From: a virus
Reading direction: 5' to 3' (one strand)
Virus genome (UHGV): UHGV-0135480
DNA: 41,448 nt
Shown here: positions 9,241-26,462 of the stretch, in pieces
How the letters are laid out: each line of letters starts with the position of its first letter
Numbering within the stretch: position 1 is the stretch's first letter
The notes under the pieces: generated by a model
The model's database searches: none
Seen by the model: the letters and a program-made list of their open reading frames with translations, nothing else
What the model was told of the DNA's origin: nothing
Position numbers and translations under genes: made by a program

Positions 9241-9638
9241 GACTCTTAAACAGGCACAGCTTTGTAGTAAAGCGTAAAGTCTCTGAAGATGGTTATTATA
9301 ATGATGATGGTGATTGGGTAGCTTCACAAGATATTGTAGAGGTTAACTGTAAAGGTAATATCCAGCCATATATCAAAGGTTCTGTAAAGAATGGTACACA
9401 GATTGCTTTACCGGAAGGTATTAGGCTTACCGATACAAGAATCCTGTATACCACATATAAACTTAGAACTTCAGATGATGTAGAGTGGAATGAGTCTGAC
9501 ATTGTTATGATTGATGGTCATGAGTATGAAGTATTTATGACTATGGATTGGTCACAGCAATTAGCCCATACGTCCCATTATGAATATATCATTATTAGAA
9601 GGGATAAAATGAATGCAGTTAGAAACAGCAGAACTTGA
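9237..9638 (+). CDS. hypothetical head-tail joining protein
   Basis: 133 aa, ATGA overlap with the upstream gene. Confidence 0.4.
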   Translation: MRLLNRHSFVVKRKVSEDGYYNDDGDWVASQDIVEVNCKGNIQPYIKGSVKNGTQIALPEGIRLTDTRILYTTYKLRTSDDVEWNESDIVMIDGHEYEVFMTMDWSQQLAHTSHYEYIIIRRDKMNAVRNSRT

Positions 9639-10212
9639 AAAAGGTCTAGTTAGAACCTTAGTGGATGTTATTGGTCACAGACTAGCTCGTGATAAGAATA
9701 ATAGACCAAATGTAATTAGAGCTTACCCTTCTGATAACTCAAATGACAAAGGTTTAAAACCTGACCAGCCATTTATTACCGTATATTGTCAAGATGCTGC
9801 AACACCTTATGGTTGGGTTCTTGATAAGTTTGTTGAGGATGATGTAGTTTGCTACAGAATTGCTTTTCAGATTCCTGTATTAATTACGGTGAATGGTAAA
9901 GGTGCTCACAGTATTATGCTTGAGCTTAAACAACGATTAGAGATGAGTTCAGTCAGAGATTTAATCCTTGAAGAAACAGGAGCTACAGTACTGGACACTG
10001 GAGCTATCCCGAATGACTATACTTATCTCAATACAGATTTCGAAAATTCTGCACCTCTTGTTGTAACTCTTGTAAAAAACTCAGTCCTGAAGGATGAACG
10101 TGGAAGTATTATTGAGCGTGTCATTGTTGATGGTGAGTTGGTTTATGAAGAAGGACAAGAGCCACCAGAATATACTATCCATCTAGATGTAGACTCCAAA
10201 GGGGTAAAATAA
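9613..10212 (+). CDS. hypothetical tail completion protein
   Basis: 199 aa, overlaps upstream ORF by 26 nt; synteny only. Confidence 0.4.
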   Translation: MQLETAELEKGLVRTLVDVIGHRLARDKNNRPNVIRAYPSDNSNDKGLKPDQPFITVYCQDAATPYGWVLDKFVEDDVVCYRIAFQIPVLITVNGKGAHSIMLELKQRLEMSSVRDLILEETGATVLDTGAIPNDYTYLNTDFENSAPLVVTLVKNSVLKDERGSIIERVIVDGELVYEEGQEPPEYTIHLDVDSKGVK

Positions 10213-11565
10213 ATGTGGAATCCAATTGTTAATGTAGATATTACATTGAACACCGCAGGAACTACAAGAGAAGGTTTTGGTTTGCCACTATTCTTAGCTT
10301 CAACAGATAACTTTGAAGAAAGAGTGCGTGGTTACACTTCCTTAACTGAAGTTGCTGAAGATTTCGATGAGAATACTGCTGCATATAAGGCTGCTAAACA
10401 ACTTTGGAGTCAGACTCCTAAAGTAACTCAGCTTTATATTGGTAGACGTGCTATGCAGTACACTGTATCAATTCCTGATGAGGTTACTGAGAGCACGGAC
10501 TACTCAATTACTGTAGCTGTCGGTGGAGGAATGTCACAACCATTCCAGTACACTTCTCAATCTGAAGATACTGCCGAGAAGGTATTACAACAGTTTAAAA
10601 CACAGATTGAAGCTGACCAATCAATTAAAGATAAAGTATCAGTCAATGTTACTGGTAGCAACGGTTCTGCCACAATGGTCATCTCCAAAGCTGGTGACAA
10701 TGATTTCGTGAAGGTAACCACTACAGCACAAACTGTATCTGTTGCAAGCACAACTGCTGATACAGCGTCAACTGCTCTGGCAGCTATTGAAGCTTATTCT
10801 ACCGACTGGTATTTCATTGCAGCAGAAGACAGAACTCAACAGTTTGTCTTAGCAATGGCTTCTGAGATTCAGGCTCGTAAGAAAATCTTCTTCACAGCCA
10901 ACTCTGATGTAGCAGCACTACAAGGTACAGAATTAAACAGTGCAAATGATGTTCCAGCGCAGCTTGCTAAGAGTATGTATACCCGCACAGTTTGCTTGTG
11001 GCATCACACAGCGGCAGAAGATTATCCAGAGATGGCATATATTGCTTATGGTGCTCCATACGATGCAGGGTCAATTGCTTGGGGTAATGCTCAGTTGACT
11101 GGTGTAGCTGCTTCTTTACAGCCAGCTAATAAGAGACCTCTGACAAGCATTCAGAAGTCAGCTTTAGATGCACGTCACTGTAACTTTATCGACCTTGATG
11201 GTGGTGTTCCAGTGGTTCGTAGAGGGATTACTTCTGGTGGGGAATGGATTGATATCGTCCGTGGTGTTGACTGGTTAGAATCAGACCTGAAAACTTCTCT
11301 GAGAGACTTGCTAATTAACCAGAAGGGTGGTAAGATTACTTATGATGATACTGGCATTACCCGTATTCGTCAAGTCATTGAAACCTCTCTGCAAAGAGCA
11401 GTCAACAGAAACTTCCTGTCATCTTACACAGTTAATGTTCCTAAAGCCTCTCAAGTTGCTTTGGCAGACAAGAAAGCTCGTATCCTGAAAGACGTTACCT
11501 TCGCAGGTATCTTAGCAGGGGCTATCTTGGATGTTGACTTGAAAGGTACAGTGGCTTACGAATAA
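10213..11565 (+). CDS. putative tail sheath protein
   Basis: 450 aa ORF followed by a 148-aa ORF and a strong terminator, matching a sheath-tube pair ahead of chaperones and tape measure. Synteny and size only. Confidence 0.45.
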   Translation: MWNPIVNVDITLNTAGTTREGFGLPLFLASTDNFEERVRGYTSLTEVAEDFDENTAAYKAAKQLWSQTPKVTQLYIGRRAMQYTVSIPDEVTESTDYSITVAVGGGMSQPFQYTSQSEDTAEKVLQQFKTQIEADQSIKDKVSVNVTGSNGSATMVISKAGDNDFVKVTTTAQTVSVASTTADTASTALAAIEAYSTDWYFIAAEDRTQQFVLAMASEIQARKKIFFTANSDVAALQGTELNSANDVPAQLAKSMYTRTVCLWHHTAAEDYPEMAYIAYGAPYDAGSIAWGNAQLTGVAASLQPANKRPLTSIQKSALDARHCNFIDLDGGVPVVRRGITSGGEWIDIVRGVDWLESDLKTSLRDLLINQKGGKITYDDTGITRIRQVIETSLQRAVNRNFLSSYTVNVPKASQVALADKKARILKDVTFAGILAGAILDVDLKGTVAYE

Positions 11566-11580
11566 TAGAGGTAAATTGGA

Positions 11581-12027
11581 ATGGCTATGTATCAGCAATA
11601 TTCCCCTAAAGACGTTGTATGTAGCTGGAATGGTATTGCCATTGAAGGCTTTGCCCCAGACTCATTTTTACGTCTACAGAGAACATCACCACTTATCACA
11701 CCAGTTGTAGGTGCAGGTGGTCAAGTTGCTCTGACAAGAAATGCAGACAAGACAGGTACTATTGAGATTGAGCTAATGCAGACTTCTCTCTCTAATCAGA
11801 TGCTTTCTGCAATTCAAGCTAAACAAGACAATATGGAACTTGAAGAAGATATCTCTTCTAACTTCGTAATCTACGACCCATCAGGCTCTGTTCTGGCAAC
11901 TGGTATTAATGCTTGGTTGCAGGAATTACCGCAGATTGAACTTGGTCGTGACCAGAACTCTAAAACTTGGATTTTTGGTTGTGAGAAGCTAGACTACACT
12001 TCAACAATTCCAGCGTCAAGTGTTTAA
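11581..12027 (+). CDS. putative tail tube protein
   Basis: 148 aa, immediately after the putative sheath and followed by a strong intrinsic terminator. Confidence 0.45.
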   Translation: MAMYQQYSPKDVVCSWNGIAIEGFAPDSFLRLQRTSPLITPVVGAGGQVALTRNADKTGTIEIELMQTSLSNQMLSAIQAKQDNMELEEDISSNFVIYDPSGSVLATGINAWLQELPQIELGRDQNSKTWIFGCEKLDYTSTIPASSV

Positions 12028-12039
12028 TAAATCCTATAA

Positions 12040-12071
12040 GGGGGGGACTTTAAAAGGTCTCCCCCTTTTTT
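12040..12071 (+). terminator. rho-independent terminator after the sheath/tube genes
   Basis: GC-rich stem gggggggac/gtctccccc with 8-nt loop, followed by TTTTTT(12066-12071). Confidence 0.65.
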
Positions 12072-12099
12072 GTTTCTTTTAAAGTATTAAGGAATCACA

Positions 12100-12498
12100 A
12101 TGAAAACAGAATCTAGAGTAATTAATGGTAAGAAAGTAAATATCGTTCTGCTTGGGGCAAGAGATGGTATTAAGATGTCTATGAAGTTGGGTAAAATTGT
12201 TGTTCCAACCTTTGCACAGATGCTATCAAGTCTGACTGATAAAGATAAGAAAGAGGCTCCAATGGTTCCATTTAAAGAACTTGTTGAAGCTTGTTTTGAC
12301 AGAATTGAAGAAATTAACCTTGAAGAAATGGCTACCCTATTATTTCAAGGGGCAACTGTTGATGACTTCCCACTTAATATTGATACATACTTCCAAGCAA
12401 ACTATGGTGAATTTATTGATTACTTAGCATTTGCGCTGGAGGCAAACTTCGGAAGTTTTTTCGAAGCAAGCATTTTCAAAAGCCTAACTTCTCAGTAA
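12100..12498 (+). CDS. tail assembly chaperone (upstream frame)
   Basis: 132 aa acidic ORF directly before the tape measure gene; overlaps a second open frame carrying a slippery heptamer. Confidence 0.5.
   Translation: MKTESRVINGKKVNIVLLGARDGIKMSMKLGKIVVPTFAQMLSSLTDKDKKEAPMVPFKELVEACFDRIEEINLEEMATLLFQGATVDDFPLNIDTYFQANYGEFIDYLAFALEANFGSFFEASIFKSLTSQ
12456..12462 (+). other. candidate -1 programmed ribosomal frameshift slippery heptamer T_TTT_TTC
   Basis: X_XXY_YYZ heptamer lies in the frame of ORF 12100..12498, inside the 70-nt overlap where the -1 frame is open (12429 to 12740). Confidence 0.45.
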
Positions 12499-12500
12499 AC

Positions 12501-12739
12501 ATGGGTAATACTCTACAGACACCACTGACTGATGCTGCTGTAGAGGCAACCTATGAAGAAGCAGACGAGATGAAATTTGTGCTTGCTATTTATGGTATGG
12601 AAGGGTGTAAAGAAACACTTGACCAACTCTTTGCTATGACATTCTCTGATTTATTATCATTGAGACAATTTCTTGAAATTCAGAGGTCGTATAAAGAGGA
12701 AATTGCTTACAACGAACTTAGAAGAGCAGGAAAAATGTA

Positions 12740-12740
<1 letters not shown>
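12501..12740 (+). CDS. tail assembly chaperone C-terminal extension (-1 frame; likely made as a frameshift fusion)
   Basis: Frame is open from 12429, overlapping the upstream chaperone ORF; ATG at 12501 could also allow independent translation. Confidence 0.4.
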
Positions 12741-20756
<8,016 letters not shown>

Positions 20757-20758
20757 TA

Positions 20759-21931
20759 ATGGCAGTAGGTGAAATTCAAATTAGTGCCTTGCCTCAAGCA
20801 GCTTTACCAATTGACCTTAGTGATATCTTCCATCTTAAGCAGGGTATTGAGGATAAGAGGTGTACTCTTGAGCAATTACTTGCTCCACACGCAAGCCTAA
20901 GAAATAACCCTCATGGTGTTACTAAAACACAAATTGGTTTAGATAATGTTATTAATGCTCTTCAGTTAGTCGCTGCAAATAACTTATCAGATATTGTTAA
21001 TGTAGCTGAGGCAAGAGCAAATCTACAGATTATGTCTTCAGAAGAGGTTAATAACCTTGTCCAGCAACATATCAAGGACAAGAGTAATCCACACAATACA
21101 ACTAAGGCACAGGTTGGTTTAAGTAATGTTCAGAACTGGACAACATCTAATCTGTATAACGAAGATGCAGATAAGTATGCTACAGCAAGAGCAGTAAATA
21201 ACTTGTACAAGGCTGTTCAGGCTTCTTATCCAGTAGGTACTATTCATCTTTCTATGAACTCTGCAAACCCTTCTACATACTTAATTTGTGGAGGTACTTG
21301 GGAGTTAGTTTCAAAAGGCAGGGCATTGGTTGGCTATGACTCTGATACAAGACCAGCAGGTTCTGTATTTGGTGCTTCAACTGTCACTTTGTCAGTTAAT
21401 AACATGCCTCAACACTCCCACTCTGTGTCACTTAGTGGTGGTGGTCACACTCATAATGCAACTGTGTCAATTTCAGCTTTTGATTATGGGACTAAGACTA
21501 CAAACTCTTTTGACTATGGGACAAAAGCTACTAACACAACTGGTAACCATACACACAGTGTGTCAGGTAACACAAGCACCAATGGTACTCACAACCATGA
21601 TGTGTATCCTAGAGAAAATGATGGTACTGGTAATGCTGTAGCTGACTCTGATGGTGGTGGTGCAAGAAGGACATCAAGGACTTCTAGTGACGGTGCGCAC
21701 TCACACAGCTTTAACGTCACATCTGGTGCATCAGGTGACCACAGCCACACGGTTGGTATTGGTGCTCACAGCCATACAGTTGGTATTGGTTCACATACGC
21801 ATAGTGGCACTGTAACAGTTTCTTCTTCTGAACATACACATAGTGGCAATACAAATAGTGTTGGTGGAGGTCAGGCAGTTAATATTGAACAGCCATCCTT
21901 CGTACTGTATGTATGGCAGAGAACAGCTTAA
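20759..21931 (+). CDS. tail fibre protein with C-terminal His-x-His repeat domain
   Basis: 390 aa; C-terminal 170 aa is Gly/Ser/Thr-rich with at least 9 HxH triplets (HSHSVS, HTHSVSG, AHSHTVGIG) and two FDYGTK repeats; ends VLYVWQRTA, paralogous to the end of the next gene. Confidence 0.6.
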   Translation: MAVGEIQISALPQAALPIDLSDIFHLKQGIEDKRCTLEQLLAPHASLRNNPHGVTKTQIGLDNVINALQLVAANNLSDIVNVAEARANLQIMSSEEVNNLVQQHIKDKSNPHNTTKAQVGLSNVQNWTTSNLYNEDADKYATARAVNNLYKAVQASYPVGTIHLSMNSANPSTYLICGGTWELVSKGRALVGYDSDTRPAGSVFGASTVTLSVNNMPQHSHSVSLSGGGHTHNATVSISAFDYGTKTTNSFDYGTKATNTTGNHTHSVSGNTSTNGTHNHDVYPRENDGTGNAVADSDGGGARRTSRTSSDGAHSHSFNVTSGASGDHSHTVGIGAHSHTVGIGSHTHSGTVTVSSSEHTHSGNTNSVGGGQAVNIEQPSFVLYVWQRTA

Positions 21932-21941
21932 TTTCTTTACA

Positions 21942-21961
21942 GGGGCTTTATAGCCCCTTTT
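21942..21961 (+). terminator. candidate rho-independent terminator between the two fibre genes
   Basis: Stem ggggct/agcccc with loop ttat, then TTTT. Confidence 0.45.
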
Positions 21962-21977
21962 AAGAGGAAAATTTATA

Positions 21978-24332
21978 ATGGCAGATTACAAATTGAGTGA
22001 ACTAAACTCAATCGACACAATCCGTTCAGATGACCTTCTTCATGTCAGAGTTAAAAAGAGACCTGAAATGCTGGGTGATGAAGACCGTCGAATGACCTAT
22101 CAAGACTTCTTAGCATCTTTTAAACTTGAAAGATTTGTTCAGATTGCTGGTAGCACTATGACGGGTGACTTAGGAATTGTTAAGCTACTTTACGGTGGCA
22201 AGGCTGTATTCGACCCTACAGGCTCTTCTGAGATTACTGTTGGGGATGTTTTAAAGACTTTTAAAATCAACGCAAACGGCCTTAAACTAACTATTGCAGA
22301 CGCTTCAAGGTCGGCAACTGTTTATCATACTTTGAATAAGCCAAGCCCTAATGAACTTGGGATGAGAACTAATGAAGAGAATGACGCAAGGTATGCAAGA
22401 CTAGCCGTGAATAATACCTTTAGAGGTACTCAAGCTATCCTCTCTGACAATGAAGCGCTCATTATTAAAAATATCACTCAAGGTGCTCCACTCTATCTTC
22501 GTGGTCAAGATGCAGATGGTACTAACAGATGGTATCTAGGTAATGATAATAGGGGTACAAATAATCTTGTATTGAAGAATGTAAAGTCTGACGTTTCAAT
22601 TGCTATTTTAGAGAATTTGGTGACAGTCAACAGAACTCTTCAAATTGCTGGCCAAGTTCAGCCTTCAAGTTTTGCTAACTTAGATGCTAGGTATTTTACC
22701 CAGACAGCAGCTAATCAGAGATTTGCGCAGTTAGCTGGTAATAACACTTTTACTGGTACTAACACTTTCTCTAATTTTGTTGCTAAGAAGAATGCTGAAG
22801 CCATCACTCTGCAAAATGTGGACACTGCTCCCTCTTTATATATCCGAGCAAGAAAGTCAGATGGGAATTATAAGTGGTACATTGGTAATGACGGTGATGA
22901 GAACATTTTAAAAATCTATAACTATCTAACAAAAACACAAGTCTCACTAGGTAACACTATTGCCATGAGCAAAACAGTTCAAATTGATGGTCAAGTACAA
23001 CCTTCTGATTGGACTAACATTGATTCTAGATATATTCCGGCAGCCACTTTGAGTAATCTCCCTAAACTTAATGTGTCTAATACTTTCACAAATGTGCAAA
23101 CTATTGTATCTAACAACGAGGGTTTGGTATTAAGGAACTTGACACAGGGGCAGCCACTATATATCCGTGGTGTTGATACTGAGAATGTTTCTAGATGGTG
23201 GTTAGGTGTAGGTGGTCCAAACTCTAATGTGGTAACACTTAACAACAACTATTCTGACACTAAAATCTCACTTGGTGGCTCATCAGTAATGACTAATAAG
23301 AGCTTAGCTATTACTGGTCAAGTACAACCTTCTGACTTCTCTAACTTAGATGCTAGATACTATACCCAAGCTGCCGCAAACGCAAGATATATGCTTGCAA
23401 GCATCACTGGTTCGGCTTCTGAAGCAGATGGTGGTGATGGTGTTGCATGGGATGCAAAAACAGGTCTTTATAAGGTCACTAACACCACTGGACAGTCTTC
23501 TTCACTTGTATATCACATGTTTTTAGGGACTAGTTCTACACCATCTGCACAATTAAAGTTTTCGTTTAAAAATGGTGGGATGTGGTATAGAGCATCAAGA
23601 GATGCCTATGGCTTCGAAGTTAATTGGTCTAAAGTTTACACGGAAGCACAAAAACCAACCCCTTCAGAGATTGGTGCATACACTAAAACTGAAACTGACC
23701 AGAAGATTGCACAGGCAGTAAGTGACTCTACAGACCTTAACAAAATCTATCCAGTTGGTATTGTAACATGGTTTAACAGTAATGTTAACCCTAATACAGC
23801 ACTGCCTGGTCTAACTTGGACGTACCTTAACAATGGTGTTGGTAGAACTATCAGAATTGCAGCAGCAAACGGTTCAGATGTTGCTACAACTGGTGGTTCA
23901 GACTCTGTGACATTATCAGTTGGTAACTTACCATCACACACTCATAGTTTCTCTGCTACCACTTCATCTTTTGATTATGGTACAAAGAACACTAACAACA
24001 CTGGTGCTCACACCCACTCTGTAAGTGGTACAGCTAACTCTGGTGGTGGACACGCACATAGAATCTCACAAGGTGATAACGCTAACGTACCATCTGGTCG
24101 TGTTGCTTCATCAAACTCTGCTCAAACGCACGTTGGTTGGACAGAAAGTGATGGTGTTCACACCCACTCTGTAAGTGGTTCTGCTGCATCTGCTGGGGGG
24201 CATGCTCACTCAGTAGGTATTGGTGCTCATAGCCACACAGTTAGTGGTAACACTGGTGGTACAGGCTCTGGTTCAGCATTCAGTGTAACCAACCAGTTCT
24301 ACAAATTAATGGCTTGGGTAAGAACTGCTTAA
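21978..24332 (+). CDS. long tail fibre protein with three about 110-aa tandem repeats and C-terminal His-x-His repeat domain
   Basis: 784 aa; three internal repeats each containing QG.PLY.RG, W.LG and GQVQPS...DARY; C-terminus has HTHSFS, AHTHSVSG, GGHAHSVGIGAHSHTVSG and ends KLMAWVRTA. Confidence 0.65.
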   Translation: MADYKLSELNSIDTIRSDDLLHVRVKKRPEMLGDEDRRMTYQDFLASFKLERFVQIAGSTMTGDLGIVKLLYGGKAVFDPTGSSEITVGDVLKTFKINANGLKLTIADASRSATVYHTLNKPSPNELGMRTNEENDARYARLAVNNTFRGTQAILSDNEALIIKNITQGAPLYLRGQDADGTNRWYLGNDNRGTNNLVLKNVKSDVSIAILENLVTVNRTLQIAGQVQPSSFANLDARYFTQTAANQRFAQLAGNNTFTGTNTFSNFVAKKNAEAITLQNVDTAPSLYIRARKSDGNYKWYIGNDGDENILKIYNYLTKTQVSLGNTIAMSKTVQIDGQVQPSDWTNIDSRYIPAATLSNLPKLNVSNTFTNVQTIVSNNEGLVLRNLTQGQPLYIRGVDTENVSRWWLGVGGPNSNVVTLNNNYSDTKISLGGSSVMTNKSLAITGQVQPSDFSNLDARYYTQAAANARYMLASITGSASEADGGDGVAWDAKTGLYKVTNTTGQSSSLVYHMFLGTSSTPSAQLKFSFKNGGMWYRASRDAYGFEVNWSKVYTEAQKPTPSEIGAYTKTETDQKIAQAVSDSTDLNKIYPVGIVTWFNSNVNPNTALPGLTWTYLNNGVGRTIRIAAANGSDVATTGGSDSVTLSVGNLPSHTHSFSATTSSFDYGTKNTNNTGAHTHSVSGTANSGGGHAHRISQGDNANVPSGRVASSNSAQTHVGWTESDGVHTHSVSGSAASAGGHAHSVGIGAHSHTVSGNTGGTGSGSAFSVTNQFYKLMAWVRTA

Positions 24333-24339
24333 TCCCTTG

Positions 24340-24368
24340 TTGACTGATTGTTAAGATGGTGTTAATAT
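24340..24368 (+). promoter_or_regulatory. candidate sigma70-like promoter (TTGACT-N17-TAATAT) upstream of the small membrane-protein genes
   Basis: -35 TTGACT 24340-24345, -10 TAATAT 24363-24368; the -10 sits inside the loop of a 9-bp inverted repeat (aagatggtg 24353-24361 / caccatctt 24385-24393). Confidence 0.3.
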
Positions 24369-24411
24369 TCTTTATGGGTATTCTCACCATCTTGGCTGAT
24401 GAGGTGATTAA

Positions 24412-24609
24412 ATGCCTACAATCCTAGCAATTCTTCTAAAAAATCTAGGTAGCTTCTTCTGGAAACTCATTTTATCCCTTCTAAGTGAATACATGATTGA
24501 GAAAGTGTTCTTTAAGCTTGCAAGATACCTTGCGAGTAAAACAGACACACCTATTGATGATGAGTTCGTAGATAACTTAGAAAAAGCTTTTAAGGGGGAG
24601 AATAAATGA
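24412..24609 (+). CDS. small hydrophobic protein, possible holin-like membrane protein
   Basis: 65 aa with an N-terminal hydrophobic segment (ILAILLKNLGSFFWKLILSLL) and charged C-terminus; follows the fibre genes. No endolysin is visible in the window. Confidence 0.3.
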   Translation: MPTILAILLKNLGSFFWKLILSLLSEYMIEKVFFKLARYLASKTDTPIDDEFVDNLEKAFKGENK

Positions 24610-24977
24610 AGTGGCTAGAGGAAGCTTTTAAAAATAATATTGGTGCAATTGTAGTTGGTATTTTTAGTGTTATTGGGATGTATACCACGATGCAAGTTTC
24701 AAGTGGTAAACAAGAAGTGTCTGTCACAACAAAGTTACAGCAGCTAGATAATTATTCCAAAAGTAACTATTCAGCTATTCGTGATTTACAGTCTGACATG
24801 AGACTGATTCAGCTAGGGATGGAGAACCAGAAAGTTCAGTTAGAGAATGTTAAGGGTGAAAACGCAAAACTTACCAAAACTCTTGATAAATTCTCTGACA
24901 GTGTGAATAATCTGGCTCAATCAGTATCAGCCCTCCAAGCTATTACTGAGAAGAACACAAAGAATACTGAAAAATAA
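24606..24977 (+). CDS. membrane-anchored coiled-coil protein, possible i-spanin-like or fibre-associated protein
   Basis: 123 aa, N-terminal TM-like segment (IGAIVVGIFSVIGMYTTMQV) followed by a helical Q/L/K-rich region; ATGA overlap with the upstream ORF. Confidence 0.3.
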   Translation: MKWLEEAFKNNIGAIVVGIFSVIGMYTTMQVSSGKQEVSVTTKLQQLDNYSKSNYSAIRDLQSDMRLIQLGMENQKVQLENVKGENAKLTKTLDKFSDSVNNLAQSVSALQAITEKNTKNTEK

Positions 24978-24985
24978 AATTTTAA

Positions 24986-25011
24986 GGCTCCTTTTGACGG
25001 GAGCCTTTTTT
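24986..25011. terminator. bidirectional intrinsic terminator between convergent late (+) and early (-) blocks
   Basis: Stem ggctcc(24986-24991)/ggagcc(25000-25005), then TTTTTT on the + strand; the A/T run upstream gives a U-tract for the - strand. Confidence 0.6.
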
Positions 25012-25015
25012 GTTT

Positions 25016-25915
25016 TTACTTACCTACTGACAAAGGTGCTTCAATCTTTCCTGCATGTTTGTAGTTGTTGATGCCACCAATAAAGTCACTTGCAGTAAGA
25101 TGTTTTAAGTCACTTAAGGTGTTAAGTTGTACACCAATCTCAAAAGTAGGTGCATGGAACTCTTCATTGTTCATCAGTTCATAAACCTGCTTCATATGGT
25201 TCTGGTAAATCTGAGTGTCTCCAAAGACACCTATCAAGTATCGTGGAGTGTATCCAGTCATCTTACAAAGAACTTCTAAGATGAAGCCATAAGACGCAAT
25301 ATTAAATGGAAGTCCTAAAAAGGTGTCTACAGAACGTTGATACCATTGTAAGTCAACTTCACCTTCGTTAGTAATATAAATCTGAAACAAAACATGGCAA
25401 GGTGCTAAAGCCATCGAGTTTGCTGCAATATCTGCTGCATTCCAAGCATTAACAAGCATGTAGCGGTCTGTGATATCACCCTTCATCTTTGCTACTAAGG
25501 TCTCTAACTGGTCTACAACACAACCATTATGACCCTCAAAGTTCCTCCACTGAACCCCATAGATTCTCCCACCTGCATCTTCTAACCAATCTTGTTCAGA
25601 AGAATAATTAGAACTTAACCAGCGTTTAAAATCATCTGACCAGATAGTCCAGCGTTCTCCGTCATTTTCACCCCATGTGCGGTAACGGAGTTCGCCAAGC
25701 TTATTCTCGCCATTCAGGAACCATAAAGCTTCCCCAATGACTTGCCGTGTAAACACCTGTTTAGATGTTAAGAGCGGGAAACCAGTTCGCATATCAAAAC
25801 GAAACTGAGGTGGAGCAAATGCAGAGGTAACATCTCCAGTTCGTGTAGTACGCAGTTCACCAACGGATAAAACATGGTTCAGGATATTTTTGTAACTTGA
25901 ATCTGCTTGTGACAT
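25016..25915 (-). CDS. thyA: thymidylate synthase
   Basis: 299 aa with ThyA-type N-terminal region (ELRTTRTGDVTSAFAPPQFRFDM) and overall ThyA-like length and composition; ATG start. Confidence 0.85.
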   Translation of the reverse strand: MSQADSSYKNILNHVLSVGELRTTRTGDVTSAFAPPQFRFDMRTGFPLLTSKQVFTRQVIGEALWFLNGENKLGELRYRTWGENDGERWTIWSDDFKRWLSSNYSSEQDWLEDAGGRIYGVQWRNFEGHNGCVVDQLETLVAKMKGDITDRYMLVNAWNAADIAANSMALAPCHVLFQIYITNEGEVDLQWYQRSVDTFLGLPFNIASYGFILEVLCKMTGYTPRYLIGVFGDTQIYQNHMKQVYELMNNEEFHAPTFEIGVQLNTLSDLKHLTASDFIGGINNYKHAGKIEAPLSVGK

Positions 25916-25916
25916 A

Positions 25917-26462
25917 TCAAAAGTGTCCTTTTACTTGTGGAACATAAATTTCAAAAGTTGCTTTACCATCCTCTGATGGTTTTGACTGTACCTTTGTAAA
26001 TACACGGTTATCATACAGCTTCTCAAAGAAGTTTTCAAAAGGTAAATGCACAGTGGCCTCTTGAGTAACTTTATGGAAGACTGTATGGAACACCACACCA
26101 GCATACGGTAAAGCATTGACAAGGACACCTGCACCACCAATTACAAAGACATCTTCATCAATAGAGCTATCAAGATACTTCAAAAATGCTCCAAATGACT
26201 CTTTACTGGCTTTAGCATACATTACATCATCTTTGCCAAAGTCTATGCCTAAGTATGGTACAGAATTTGTTAAGATTAGGTTTGCACGTTCTGGTAGAGG
26301 TTTACTACCCAGAGTCTTAAAAGTCTCATTACCCATGACTACTAAGTTGTTTTTAGTGAGTCTCTTAAACTCTTGCATATCCTGTTTATGTCGAGGCCAC
26401 GGCATACCAGTTGGAGTACCAAACTCTCCATTTTCACCACTTGCAAAGATTAATTTAATCAT
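25917..26462 (-). CDS. folA: dihydrofolate reductase
   Basis: 181 aa starting MIKLIFA..G.PW, resembling DHFR N-termini such as T4 frd; directly upstream of thyA. Confidence 0.8.
   Translation of the reverse strand: MIKLIFASGENGEFGTPTGMPWPRHKQDMQEFKRLTKNNLVVMGNETFKTLGSKPLPERANLILTNSVPYLGIDFGKDDVMYAKASKESFGAFLKYLDSSIDEDVFVIGGAGVLVNALPYAGVVFHTVFHKVTQEATVHLPFENFFEKLYDNRVFTKVQSKPSEDGKATFEIYVPQVKGHF

Noticed and set aside
24412-24977. Complete lysis cassette (holin, endolysin, spanins)
   Set aside because: Only two small membrane-type proteins are present; no ORF with a recognisable lysozyme or amidase motif and no embedded lipoprotein o-spanin was found, so holin and spanin roles stay tentative.
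25016-25915. Group I intron in thyA, as in the T4 td gene
   Set aside because: The ThyA reading frame is continuous for 299 codons with no internal stops or obvious structured insert.
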